From assembly GCF_006345805.1 (NCBI RefSeq), contig NC_043026.1, forward strand, positions 12,255,579 through 12,319,578: a stretch of DNA of 64,000 nucleotides, in the 5' to 3' direction. The DNA is from Octopus sinensis (lineage: Eukaryota). Below, piece after piece: positions 37,744 to 49,837 of this stretch. Numbering within the stretch: the stretch's first letter is position 1; every line of letters begins with the position of its first letter. Under the pieces are notes generated by a model. That model did no database searches, was not told the DNA's origin, and saw only the letters and a program-made list of their open reading frames with translations. The position numbers were made by a program, and so were the translations under genes.

Positions 37744-38140
37744 ATATGTGCCCAAAAAGAGTGTGTGAGATTTGGGTGTTATTTCTAGCACGTGGATAGT
37801 CTGCTTGAAGGCTGTAGAACAGGGTGGAGATGGGGTTTGGGCAGTTTTTTTCTTTGAAAAATTGAGGTTTTACAAACAATTTTTTTTCAGAATCATAATC
37901 TCCGTATTTTTCTACGTATTTCGCCCCCCCCCACTAAATAAAACGAACAAAAAGGTTAAAGGATCGAACCCGCTAGCCTATAAGGCCCAGCAACTATCTT
38001 TTCCTTTCATCAATGACTAAGCTGGGTTACTGACACCCACCTTTCTCATCACATCCTTCCATCGTTTCTCATATTCTCTCGGTGGCAGGGTCTTCCTCTC
38101 CAACCCCATCTTGCTCTTCAGATGGTATCTGAAGTAAGAC

Positions 38141-39258
38141 CTCGGCGGATTTTGAACTCAGAACGTATTTCGTCTGCCGCTACGTTCTGAGTTCAAATTC
38201 CGCCGAGGTCAACTTTGCCTTTCATCCTCTCGGGGGTCGATAAATTAAGTACCAGTTTCGCACTGGTGTCGATATAATCGACATAATACCTTTGTCTGTC
38301 CTTGTTAGTCCCCTCTGTGTTTAGCCCCTTGTGGGTAGTAAACAAATAGGTATTTCGTCTGCCGCTACGTTCTGAGATCAAAATCCGCCGAGGTCAACTT
38401 TGCCTTTCATCCTCTCGGGGGTCGATAAATTAAGTACCAGTTTCGCACTGGTGTCGATATAATCGACTTAATACCTTTGTCTGTCCTTGTTAGTCCCCTC
38501 TGTGTTTAGCCCCTTGTGGGTAGTAAACAAATAGGTATTTCGTCTGCCGCTACGTTCTGAGTTCAAATTCCGCCGAGGTCAACTTTGCCTTTCATCCTCT
38601 CGGGGGTCGATAAATTAAGTACCAGTTTCGCACTGGTGTCGATATAATCGACATAATACCTTTGTCTGTCCTTGTTAGTCCCCTCTGTGTTTAGCCCCTT
38701 GTGGGTAGTAAACAAATAGGTATTTCGTCTGCCGCTACGTTCTGAGTTCAAATTCCGCCGAGGTCAACTTTGCCTTTCATCCTCTCGGGGGTCGATAAAT
38801 TAAGTACCAGTTTCGCACTGGTGTCGATATAATCGACATAATACCTTTGTCTGTCCTTGTTAGTCCCCTCTGTGTTTAGCCCCTTGTGGGTAGTAAACAA
38901 TAGGTATTTCGTCTGCCGCTACGTTCTGAGATCAAAATCCGCCGAGGTCAACTTTGCCTTTCATCCTCTCGGGGGTCGATAAATTAAGTACCAGTTTCGC
39001 ACTGGTGTCGATATAATCGACTTAATACCTTTGTCTGTCCTTGTTTGTCCCCTCTGTGTTTAGCCCCTTGTGGGTAGTAAACAAATAGGTATTTCGTCTG
39101 CCGCTACGTTCTGAGTTCAAATTCCGCCGAGGTCAACTTTGCCTTTCATCCTCTCGGGGGTCGATAAATTAAGTACCAGTTACGCACTGGGGTCGATATA
39201 ATCGACTTAATCCGTTTGTCCCCTCAATGTTTAGCCCCTTGTGGGTAATAAAGAAATA
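38141..39258 (+). mobile_element. SINE family C hexamer with a 5' inverted piece and a 17-bp flanking direct repeat
   Basis: Units at 38166/38351/38536/38721/38905/39090; GGTATCTGAAGTAAGAC at 38124-40 and 39259-75. Confidence 0.9.
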
Positions 39259-39381
39259 GGTATCTGAAGTAAGACAGCAAACCGGGGCCAGAGATGAAGA
39301 ACCCTGTCACCGACCCTTCCATTCTGGTTCTCCAAACACACTCTTTCAGTACTGCAACCTTACAGTAAAAACAAGCCTTAC

Positions 39382-39503
39382 CTTCCTCTGTGAGTCCAGC
39401 TGGCGGTATCATCTTTATCATAGATCCAGCTGACAGCTGTACTCGTCCCAGATGCGACAGCACCTGTTCGACCTAACTCATCAATCTGGATACCTCCCGA
39501 CAT
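39382..39503 (-). CDS. Candidate first coding exon of an unknown antisense gene
   Basis: ACAATG start, 40 open codons (MSGGIQIDELGRTG...WTHRG) and an AG|GTAAGG donor; phase-compatible with the 36087 acceptor. Confidence 0.25.
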
Positions 39504-39821
39504 TGTCCCGTGCTGGACAGTTCCGGTGTCTCCTGTTAAAAATCTCTTATATAATTTAATACCGGACTCCCTCGTCTCTCATTCACTGCGTTCCAGTACT
39601 TCCTCTCTCACCATCTTTAGACCTATTTCTTCCCAGCATCAACAATCTCCCATCGTTTCATTCCTCCGTCGGCACTCCGTCATATATTTATCATTCACAA
39701 GGTAATATACTTTCTATATTCAACTAATTTGTTTTCTCTGTTGTTTTATGATAATAAATATAAGGTGTGATGGACAGCAAAACGAATAATTCCTGGTTTC
39801 TCATTAATTTTCGTCTCTAGT

Positions 39822-40510
39822 AGACCTTTCCGTCGATTTCCGTAAAAAACTTCTTTTTTTTTTACATATGGGCTTGCGGGAACTTTTGAAGTAATGAGAG
39901 CGAAAGAGACTAAGAGAAAGCGATTGTATGACGAGGGAAGTTCTTTTGAAGTTACCGTCCAGGGGAAGCATTGATGGACATGTGTGTGTGTGTGTGTTTG
40001 ATGGGGTGTGGGAGACAGACAGTATGTTGTGTAAGTGAAGTGCTTCTGTTAGTGTGTGTGAAGAGACAGAGTAATGTGTGAAAGAAAGAGATAACTGAAA
40101 TTTTTTACTCGGTGTATGTGTATATGTATGTATATTACTTCAAAAGTTCCCGCAAGCCCATATGTAAAAAAAAAAATTTTTTACGGAAATCGACGGAAAG
40201 GTCTACATATACACATACACCGAGTAAAAAATTTCAGTTATCTCTTTCTTTCACACATTACTCTGTCTCTTCACACACACTAACAGAAGCACTTCACTTA
40301 CACAACATACTGTCTGTCTCCCACACCCCATCAAACACACACACACACACACACATGTCCATCAATGCGTCCCATGCACGGTAACTTCAAAAGAACTTCC
40401 CTCGTCATACAATCGCTTTCTTTTAGTCTCTTTCGCTCTCATTACTTGAAAAGTTCCCGCAAGCCCATATGTAAAAAAAAAAAAATTTTTTTACGGAAAT
40501 CGACGGAAAG
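39822..40510. repeat. About 690-bp fold-back with arms of about 300 bp and an extra inverted terminal piece in the centre
   Basis: TTCCGTCGATTTCCGTAAAA...TTTTTTACTCGGTG versus CACCGAGTAAAAAA...TTTTACGGAAATCGACGGAA; the centre repeats 39820-39893 in inverted orientation. Confidence 0.85.
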
Positions 40511-40711
40511 AGACGAAAGATTGCCTGTTTCTTAAATGCCTTACAAACACCTTCCACGCTGCAATTGTTTTTAATATATTTCTGTATATGCGTAACTTTT
40601 GATATAACGATAGCCTCGCCTGTCCCACCTGTCTGTCTGTCTAAGTAACTATCGTATCTATTTTCCCTTCTGCTGATATCTGAGATTTTTACAAAAACAA
40701 CAAAAATATTT

Positions 40712-41556
40712 ACTTTACTCTTTTACTTGTTTCAGTCATTTGACTGCGGCCATGCTGGAGCACCGCCTTTAGTCGAGCAAATCGACCCCCGGGGACTTAT
40801 TCTTTTGTAAGCCCAGTACTTATTCTATCGGCCTCTTTTACTTGTTTCAGTCATTTGACTGTGACTATGCTGGAGCACCGCCTTTAGTTGAGCAAATCGA
40901 CCCCCGGGGACTTATTCTTTTGTAAGCCCAGTACTTATTCTATCGGCCTCTTTTACTTGTTTCAGTCATTTGACTGTGACCATGCTGGAGCACCGCCTTT
41001 AGTCGAGCAAATCGACCCCCGGGGACTTATTCTTTTGTAAGCCCAGTACTTATTCTATCGGCCTCTTTTACTTGTTTCAGTCATTTGACTGTGACCATGC
41101 TGGAGCACCGCCTTTAATCGAGCAACTCGACCCCCGGGGACTTATTCTTTTGTAAGCCCAGTACTTATTCTATCGGCCTCTTTTACTTGTTTCAGTCATT
41201 TGACTGTGACCATGCTGGAGCACCGCCTTTAGTCGAGCAAATCGACCCCCGGAGACCTATTCTTTTGTAAGCCCAGTACTTATTCTATCGGTCTCTCTTC
41301 TGCCGAACCGCTAAGTGACGGGGACGTAAACACACCAGCATCGGTTGTCAAGCAATGCTAGGGGGACAAACACATATACACACACATACATATATATATA
41401 TATACATATATACGACAGGCTTCTTTCAGTTTCCGTCTACCAAATCCACTCACAAGGCATTGGTCGGCCCGGGACTATAGCAGAAGACACTTGCCCAAAG
41501 TGCCACGCAGTGGGACTGAACCCGGAACCATGTGGTTGGTTAGCAAGCTACTTACC
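40712..41556 (-). mobile_element. SINE family A with five tandem 115-bp tails
   Basis: TTTTACTTGTTTCAGTCATTTG at about 40721/40836/40951/41066/41181. Confidence 0.85.
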
Positions 41557-41754
41557 TGTTTAAAAAAAATTATTTTGTGTAAAAAAATTATCTTTTTTTA
41601 CACAAAGTAAAGAATTTTTTTTATTTACGCTAGGTAGTCGTTGTAGGATCAACCAATCGCGACTAGCTAGTGTAGATGCGCTAGTGCGCGCACTGGGACC
41701 ACTCTTCCGGAATAATACCAGAATAAGTACTAGGCTTACAAAGAAACATAGGAT

Positions 41755-42137
41755 GGAAGCACTCCGTCGGTTACGACGACGAGGGTTCCGGTTGATCCGA
41801 TCAACGGAACAGTCTGCTCGTGAAATTAACGTGTAAGTGGTTAACCACTCCACAGACACGTGTACCCATAACGTAGTTCTCGGGGATATTCAGCGTGACA
41901 CAGAGAGTGACAAGGCCGGCCCTTTGAAATACAGGTACAACAGAAACAGGAAGTAAGAGTGAGAGAAAGTTGTGGTGAAAGAGTACAGCAGGGATCACCA
42001 CCATCCCCTGCCGGAGCCTCGTGAAGCTTTAGGTGTTTTCGCTCAATAAACACTCACAACGCCCGGTCTGGGAATCAAAACCGCGATCCTACGACCACGA
42101 GTCCGCTGCCCTAACCACTGGGCCATTGCGCCTCCAC
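41755..42137 (-). mobile_element. SINE family B, full length
   Basis: Head GGCCCAGTGGTTAGGGCAGCGG to tail GTCGTCGTAACCGACGGAGTGCT on -. Confidence 0.8.
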
Positions 42138-42453
42138 ACAAAGAAACATAGACACACACACATACACACACACAAGCTTCTTTCAGTTTCTGTCTACCAA
42201 ATCCACCGACAAAGCTTCGGTTGGCCTGAGGCTGAAGTAAAAGACACCCAAGATGCTATGCAGTGGGATTGAACCTAGAACCATGTGATTAAGAAGCAAA
42301 GTCCTTACCATACTACCACATGTACGCTTCAAATGAGGTTGTATGATGTAATTTTAATAACACACTACAAGTAAAATCTAGTTACTTGATTAAAGATTTA
42401 CACTTAAAGTTTATCACTGGAAAAATGTAAAATTTCCACTGTTTTATAATCAA

Positions 42454-42842
42454 CTAGCAGTATCGCCCGGCGTTGCTCAGGTTTGTAAGGGAAATAATTA
42501 TATAAGCATTTTTAGAGAGTTATAGCCAAAAAATAGCAAAAAAATGCATTAAAAATGAAAAAAAAAAATGATGGTAAATTTTTTTAAAAATCGTTGACTC
42601 ATCGTAGACATTTTTAGAGAGTTACTTCCCTTATATAATAGCGAAAAAATGCATTAAAATGGAAAAAAAATTATGGTAAAATTTTTTTAAAATCGTAGAC
42701 TCATCATAGACGCACGCTAATTAATACCCAGAAGGGCTCGATATGAATCACGACTATAAGATACTGCACCGCAAAATGTGGGAGTAGTTAGGAATCTAAA
42801 TTGTAGGAGACAGACACACAACTTCACTTTTATATATAAAGA
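42454..42842 (-). mobile_element. Non-autonomous Helitron-type element (Lep1/HINE-like)
   Basis: On -: 5' TC-TTTATATATAAAA...GTCTGTC and a 3' hairpin-like CCTGAGCAACGCCGGG followed by CTAG; inserted between A and T. Confidence 0.7.
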
Positions 42843-43246
42843 TTTTTAAAATATTCTCTTTAATTTATACTGTATTTTCATTATTTCAGAATACCATATA
42901 ACAGTGGAATTAAAGAATTTCTTTTACCTTGGATACAGAATACTTATCTTTGAAGAATTCAAGATGTTATACCAAATGGAGATTGTTCTGATCACACCAC
43001 AAATCTATTGAGAGAATTACAGTGAAGCATTTTCTCTGAATGACAAATTTCTGTGTTTTGTCGTGTGGAGAGTGTACAAGATCATTTTTGCATTTTAATT
43101 CAGTTGGGATTGTACAAGAGATTTCGGTATCTCTAGGTATTAATTGAGATCGCAATTGATGGAAATAGAACAAAATAAGTATTTGCTTGGGATAAAAGAA
43201 AAGAAGAAAACATTTTGATTGTCACGGTGAGAGAAGGAAAAAAATA

Positions 43247-44938
43247 ATGGCCAATGAAGTGTGTAATAACAATTTTGAATGTAAATCACAGTCTGATGGC
43301 ATTGATTTTACTGATGAGATACCAACAAAGGGAGATAAACCATCATACCCCTGTGACACCTGTGGCAGATCATTCACTCAAAAAAGTAACCTCACCAGAC
43401 ACAAATATATTCATACAGGAGAGAAACCATATCAGTGTGATATATGCGGTAAATCCTTTTCTCACAAAGGATACGTAAATAAACACAAATATATCCATAG
43501 AGGAGAAAAGCCACACTGTTGTGATATCTGTGGTAAATCGTTCTACAAGTTAGAACATTTAGTTATACACAAACGCATTCACACAGGAGAGACACCATAT
43601 GTCTGTGAAATCTGTGGTAAATCATTCTCGGTGAAACGGAATTTAATTACACACAAATATATTCATACAGGAGAGAAACCATATCAGTGTGATGTCTGTG
43701 GGAGAGCATTCTCTGGTGGAAGTAACTTAACCAGACACAAACGTATTCATACAGGAGAGAAGCAATATCAGTGTGATATCTGTGGTAATTCATTCACCAG
43801 TAAATGCAACTTGAATAGGCACAAATACATTCATACAGGAAATGAACCATATGACTGTGATATCTGTGGTAAATCTTTATCTACTAAGAGTACCTTAGCT
43901 GCTCACAAAAGCAGTCATACTGGAGAGAGACCATTTAGCTGTGATATTTGTGGGAAATCATTTCCTTTGAGTAGTAATTTAAACAAACACAGACGCTTAC
44001 ATTCAGGAGAGAAACCATTTCACTGTGATGTCTGTGGTAAATCGTTTTCTCAAAGTAGTAACTTAACTGCGCATGTTCGTCGTCATACGGGAGTGAAACC
44101 GTATCTCTGTGATATCTGCGGCAAATCATTCTTTAAGGTAGATAGCTTGGATAAACACAAACGCATTCACACAGGAGAAGAACCATATGTCTGTGATATC
44201 TGTGGTAAATCGTTCACTGGTAGAAGTAATTTAACTACTCACAAACGTATTCATACAGGAGAAAAACCATATCAGTGTCATCTTTGCGGCAAATCTTTCT
44301 CTGCCGGAAGCACCTTAACCAGACACAAGTATATTCATACAGGTGAGAAACTGTTTCAGTGTGATGTCTGTGATAAATCATTCTCACAGAAAACTAGCTT
44401 AGTCAGACACAAATACATTCATACAGGGGAAAGACCTTTTCATTGTGACATCTGCGGAACATCTTTCCACGATGGTAGTACTCTGACTACTCATAAACGT
44501 ATTCATACAGGAGAGAAGCCATATCGCTGTGATATCTGTGGTAAGCCTTTTCCCACGAGTAGCAGTGTAACCGATCACAAGCGCGTTCATTCAGGAGAGA
44601 AACCATTTCATTGTGATGTCTGCGGTAAATCATTTGCTCAAGGCGGTAACTTATTTGAGCACAAACGCATTCATACAGGCAAAAGGCCACATCACTGTGA
44701 AATCTGTGGTCAATCGTTCCTCAAATTCGATGGCTTGACCAGACACAAACGCATTCATACAGGTGAGAAACCATATCGCTGTGATATCTGTGGTAAATCA
44801 TTCTCTCGAAATGATTGCCTACGTATACACAGACGCGTTCATACAGGTGTGAAACCACATCACTGTAACATCTGTGGCAAATCATTCGCTCATAAAACAC
44901 AGTTAACCACACATGTATTTGTTCATTCAAAAGAGTAA
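43247..44938 (+). CDS. C2H2 zinc-finger protein, 563 aa, 19 fingers
   Basis: Nineteen tandem fingers, mostly with TGEKP-type linkers, in one ORF; strong acceptor TTTTCATTATTTCAG at about 42890. Confidence 0.93.
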   Translation: MANEVCNNNFECKSQSDGIDFTDEIPTKGDKPSYPCDTCGRSFTQKSNLTRHKYIHTGEKPYQCDICGKSFSHKGYVNKHKYIHRGEKPHCCDICGKSFYKLEHLVIHKRIHTGETPYVCEICGKSFSVKRNLITHKYIHTGEKPYQCDVCGRAFSGGSNLTRHKRIHTGEKQYQCDICGNSFTSKCNLNRHKYIHTGNEPYDCDICGKSLSTKSTLAAHKSSHTGERPFSCDICGKSFPLSSNLNKHRRLHSGEKPFHCDVCGKSFSQSSNLTAHVRRHTGVKPYLCDICGKSFFKVDSLDKHKRIHTGEEPYVCDICGKSFTGRSNLTTHKRIHTGEKPYQCHLCGKSFSAGSTLTRHKYIHTGEKLFQCDVCDKSFSQKTSLVRHKYIHTGERPFHCDICGTSFHDGSTLTTHKRIHTGEKPYRCDICGKPFPTSSSVTDHKRVHSGEKPFHCDVCGKSFAQGGNLFEHKRIHTGKRPHHCEICGQSFLKFDGLTRHKRIHTGEKPYRCDICGKSFSRNDCLRIHRRVHTGVKPHHCNICGKSFAHKTQLTTHVFVHSKE

Positions 44939-44957
44939 CTGTGTCAGTGTCGATGGC

Positions 44958-45125
44958 ACAGGAGTGGCTGTGTGGGAAGTAGCTTGTTTACCAACCACAT
45001 GGTTCTGGGTTCAGTCTCACTGCATGGCACCTTGGGCAAGTATCTTCTACTATAGCCTCGGGCCGACCAAAGCCTTGTGAGTGGATTTGGTACACAGAAA
45101 CTGAAAGAAGCCTGTCGTATATATG

Positions 45126-45176
<51 letters not shown>

Positions 45177-45597
45177 GTATATATGTGTATATATATATAT
45201 ATAGGCGTAGGAGTGGGTGTGTGGTAAGTAGCTTGTTTACCAACCACATGGCTCCGGGTTCAGTCCCACTGCATGGCACCTTGGGCAAGTGTCTTCTACT
45301 ATAACCTCGGGCCGACCAAAGCCTTGTGAGTGGATTTGGTAGACGGAAACTGAAAGAAGCCCGTCGTATATATGTATGCGTATGTGTGTGTGTGTCCGTG
45401 TTTGTCCCCCTAGCATTGCTTGACAACCGATGCTGGTGTGTTTATGTCTCCGTCACTTAGCGGTTCAGCAAAAGAGACCGATAGAATAAGTACTGGGCTT
45501 GCAAAGAATAAGTCCCGGGGTTGAGTTGCTCGATGAAAAGGCAGTGCTCCAGCATGGCCGCAGTCAAATGACTGAAACAAGTAAAAGAGTAAAGAGT
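44958..45597 (+). mobile_element. SINE family A (two heads) about 20 bp after the zinc-finger stop codon
   Basis: Family A sequence ending (GAGTAAA)n. Confidence 0.85.
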
Positions 45598-46382
45598 ATG
45601 GAAGGAAAGAAACTTGATTTATTTGTAATGTATTTTCATATATCAGAGATAACATTACTGTACAGTTATTATCAATATATATATTATATGCTATATGCAT
45701 TTGTATATATATATATATATATATATATATGTAATATCTTTAAGGCTACATTTTGTGCGGACTTTTAAGTTAAATCCTGTGGAGGGCTAATTGGGCCTGT
45801 AGCTCAAAACTAAAGAGAACAACAATAATAAGGCATTTATTGGTACCCTGCTAACTCAGATTTCTATCACAGTGGCATCAGTGCAAAACTGGTACTTTAT
45901 TTATCGACCCCGAGAGGATGAAAGGCAAAGTCGACTTCGGCGGAATTTGAACTCAGAACGTAACGGCAGACAAAATCACGTGTGTATATATATAATATAT
46001 ATATATATATATGACAAATGATGACAGTATTAGAAACTGAAATTTTTTTCCTCCCCATTTTTGATGACTTTGATTTTTATGCTGCAAAAAAAAATCTGTT
46101 TTCAATCCAACACATTTGTACACACAAAGTTCACATTGAAACACACTCAATCACAAATACACATTCGTTAGCACACATCAACTGAAGGCTAAAATGTTGA
46201 CATTAAACAGAGCATATTATACCAGAATATATTAACTTTTTTCTTTGTTTCATTTCTTCTGTTACACCATTCCTTTGGTTTGTATTTATACTTTTCCTTT
46301 TGTGTGTAACACTTAACTGTTTAAAGCTGTTGAAGTTTTCCCAATTTGTGTGATTTACTTTTTATATCATTCAATACAAGGT

Positions 46383-46680
46383 CTGGAGGCCCATGGCCTA
46401 GTGGTTAGAGCAGCGGTCGAGGGATCGCAGGTTCGAATCTCAGACCGGGCGATGTGTTTGTTTATGAGCGAAAACACCCAAGCTCCACGCGGCTCTGACA
46501 GAAGGTAATGGCGAAACTTCTGCTGTCTCTTTCGCCACAACTTTCTCTCACTCTTTCCTCCGGCATCTTGCAGCTCAACTGCAAAGGACCGGTGTCCCAT
46601 TCAGGTGGGGAACCTATACGCCAAGAAACCGGGAAACCGGCCCTTATGAGCCAGGCATGGCTCGAGAAGGAACAAACAAC
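46383..46680 (+). mobile_element. Chimeric SINE: family B-like head plus family D tail
   Basis: Tail GAAACCGGGAAACCGG...GGCATGGCTCGAGAAGGAACA matches the family D end at 17290-17345. Confidence 0.65.
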
Positions 46681-47059
46681 AATACAGGGTCTAAATTATT
46701 CAACTCAGGCTGGAGCTATTATTTTTTTGTATTCAAAAGTTCATTCTGCTGTTTTCTTTCTCTCATAATGCTAAACCAATTACTTATCAGCCCCCTAATC
46801 GCTTATCAGCCTGGTGGGCACGAAAGCCAGATTGATGACATCCTCACCAGAGACAGACAGACAGATGCTTGTAAATGCAGAGTCCTTTCCCAATGAGAAA
46901 TGTGCAACTCACATAGGTTAGTGGTTGCTGCCTTCAGACTTTGGGCAAGACTGACACAAAGATGCCGACTGGTCTGGAAAAGAAGTTATAGAAGCTGAAA
47001 GATCCATCAAACAGAGAACTCTGTATGAATGGATAATCGAAATCGCTCAAAAATCAATG

Positions 47060-47558
47060 GAAATTGTAGTTGTGATACCAGTGCCAGTGGCACATAAAAG
47101 AATCATCCGAACGTGGCCGTTGCCAGCGCCGCCCCGACTGGCCTCCATGTCGGTGGCATGTAAAAAGCACCAACCGATTGTGGCTGTTGCCAGCCTCCCC
47201 TGGCACCTGTGCCGGTGGTATGTAAAAAGCACCAACCGATCGTGGCTGTTGCCAGCCTCCCCTGGTACCTGTGCTGGTGGCATGTAAAAAGCACCAACCG
47301 ATCGTGGCTGTTGCCAGCCTCCCCTGGCACCTGTGCTGGTGGCATGTAAAAAGCACCAACCAATCGTGGCTGTTGCCAGCCTCCCCTGGTACCTGTGCTG
47401 GTGGCATGTAAAAAGCACCAACCGATCGTGGCTGTTGCCAGCCTCCCCTGGCACCTGTGCCGGTGGCATGTAAAAAGCACCAACCGATCGTGGCCGTTGC
47501 CAGCCTCCCCTGGCACCTGTGCCGGTGGTATGTAAAAAGCACCCACTACACTCACGGA
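47060..47558 (+). repeat. Family E 5' minisatellite, about 7 units of 62 bp
   Basis: TAAAAAGCACC at 47161/47223/47285/47347/47409/47471/47533. Confidence 0.85.
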
Positions 47559-47565
47559 TTCTAAC

Positions 47566-47910
47566 ATGCAGTGTGACCAAGCCATAGAGGCGAGATGGCC
47601 TAATGTCATGCTCATCCATAAAGATGAAAAAGAAGTAAAGATAATAGATGTTGCAATACCAGGTGATTCGAGGGTGAAATGTAAGGAAAGAGAAGATATT
47701 GAGGAATACCAACCACTGCGGGGTGAGATAGGAATGTTATGGGGCATGAGGAAAGTAATGGTGAAACCGGGGGTAATTGTAGTATGAGGAGCCGTTTCCA
47801 AGGGCTTTGAAAAACATATTAAGAATATGGGAACTGCTGTCAGGCTCGAGGTAATCCAGAAGACGGCATTGTTGGGTACAGCTCGCATTCTGAGGGGAGA
47901 AAGCACTACT
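47566..47910 (+). mobile_element. R4/Dong-like RLE endonuclease fragment (pseudogenised)
   Basis: ARWPNV...IIDVAIPGDSRV..KE.E....Y..L..EI..LW...V*GAV...IQKTALLGTARILR; one in-frame stop. Confidence 0.7.
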
Positions 47911-48238
47911 TGAAACCTTTGGTGATTTATTATGGCCTGCTTTCAAGTAAAGAATAATCGGTAAGAACTATCTGGGAGTCTTTAATAATGATGATGGTGG
48001 TGTATTCATTCCATGAGATCCGAAAGAATGCAGTATGTCGTCAAGGTGAAGGAAGGCAGCTCAAAAATATATTTGTATTATTTTTTGTAATTTGTATTCG
48101 TACAAAGCAGTCACCAATAAAAGTTTTTTGGTTTCAAATAGAAAGAAAGTTCATTCAATACTTTCTCCAAGTGTTTCTTTAATATAACAATATTTAGCAG
48201 TTATCCTGGAAAATATCTATAGAAAACAATATCTGGTA

Positions 48239-48278
48239 CTCGACTTGCGCGCCCCCCCAATTACTCGCGCAAGTCGAG
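48239..48278. other. Perfect 13-bp GC-rich hairpin
   Basis: CTCGACTTGCGCG-(14 nt)-CGCGCAAGTCGAG. Confidence 0.8.
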
Positions 48279-49307
48279 GAATCCCTGTACTTTCTCACAC
48301 AACAATTACAATATATTTATTTTAAATTGTTCATCTCCCCCCCCTCTCTCACACACACATTACTTTGGGTGCGAAAGAGTTTTGTTTTTATTTTACGCCG
48401 AGTAAAAAAGTGTTTTGTTGAGAATCCATTTATTTAACAACAAAGAAACAAAGAAGTAGGTAACAGTTTGGGTATGATTTCCGAGGTTTCCACCACACCC
48501 CACTCCGTTTTACAGACCACAAAAAGGGTTTTGTTGCTTGACAACCGGTCTCGGTGAGTTTGCGTCCCCGTAACTTAGCAGCTCGGCAAAAGGCTCCGAT
48601 AGAATAAGTACCAGGCTTAAAAAAAGGAGCAGTACTGAGGTTCATTCATTCGGCGAAAAATTCAAGGCAGTGCTCCAACATGGCAGCTGTCTAATGACTG
48701 AAACAAGTAAAAGATAAAAGATAAAACACACACACACACATATCATCATCATCTTGAATAGTAAAGAATACCCCAAGGTGATGCCCCAGCTGGGCCGTAG
48801 ATGATGACGATACACACACACAAACACAAGCATATACTTATGTATGTGTATGTTGATCTTTTACTTGATCCAGTCATTAAATTGCGACCAAGCTGGGGCA
48901 CCACCTTGGGGTATTCTTTGCTATTCAAATGGACTGACATGCACTTATTTTCTGTCTGAGTCTGGAAATTATTCTATTGGTACCTTTTGCTGAACTGCTT
49001 AGTTATGAAGACAGAGAGACACCAACACACGATGATGATATCTATATAGAGATATAAATATACACACACACACATATCATTACATGTATATGGACACCCG
49101 TTCCTTGTTTCTATGCCTGTGAGTATTTACACGTGCTGGAAGGAAAGGAGAATGTACTCTACTTGATCAGGAGATGGAAAGGTTCCTGAGAGAGAAGAAG
49201 AAGGAAAGAGGGAACAGAGGGGACCAATGGAGGAGGATGTGAGGGAGAAGAGCAAAGAGGAGGATGGGAATTTAAAGACTAGAGACAAGGGAGAGATAAG
49301 AAGACAA

Positions 49308-49537
49308 GGTGGCGAGCTGGCGGAAACGTTAGCACGTCGGGCGAAATGCGTAGCCGTATTTCGTCTGCTGCTACGTTCTGAGTTCAAATTCCGCCGAGGT
49401 CGACTTTGCCTTTCATCCTTTCGGGGTCGGTTAAATAAGTACCAGTTACGCACTGGGGTTGATATAATCGACTTAATCCGTGTTGTCTGTCCTTGTTTGT
49501 CCCCTCTGTGTTTAGCCCCTTGTGGGTAGTAAAGAAA
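49308..49537 (+). mobile_element. SINE family C with TSD ATAAGAAGACAAGG
   Basis: The direct repeat flanks the element at about 49294 and 49537. Confidence 0.8.
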
Positions 49538-49693
49538 TAAGAAGACAAGGGAGAGATGAGAGAGTGCAAGGAGAAGAAGGGCAAAGAGGAGACTGGGGAG
49601 GTGAGGTGAGGTGGAGTGACGAATAGGATCTAAGCCGGAAGGGGTAGCGGTGGTGGTGGTGGTAGTGGTGATAAGGGGACAGGGTTATTAGGA

Positions 49694-49837
49694 TCAATCA
49701 TCAGTGTTGCGGTAACGTGATGCCCACATGTACATCTTGCTTCCTGATGCGGTGAGGAGGACAGCATCAGATGGATGGTGACTGAGTGAATGTACAGGTC
49801 TTTGATCAGGATGCTCCAGCTTGGCTTTCGTCTCAGC
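49694..49837 (-). CDS. WDR83: WDR83 terminal coding exon, distal duplicate
   Basis: Appears identical to 50603-50746 (offset 909 bp); acceptor CAG and TGA stop are intact. Confidence 0.6.
   Translation of the reverse strand, partial: AETKAKLEHPDQRPVHSLSHHPSDAVLLTASGSKMYMWASRYRNTDD

Noticed and set aside
38060-38125. CTGAAGA...GAAAC on the minus strand
   Set aside because: There is no stem II pairing and no NUH cleavage triplet with a stem I partner.
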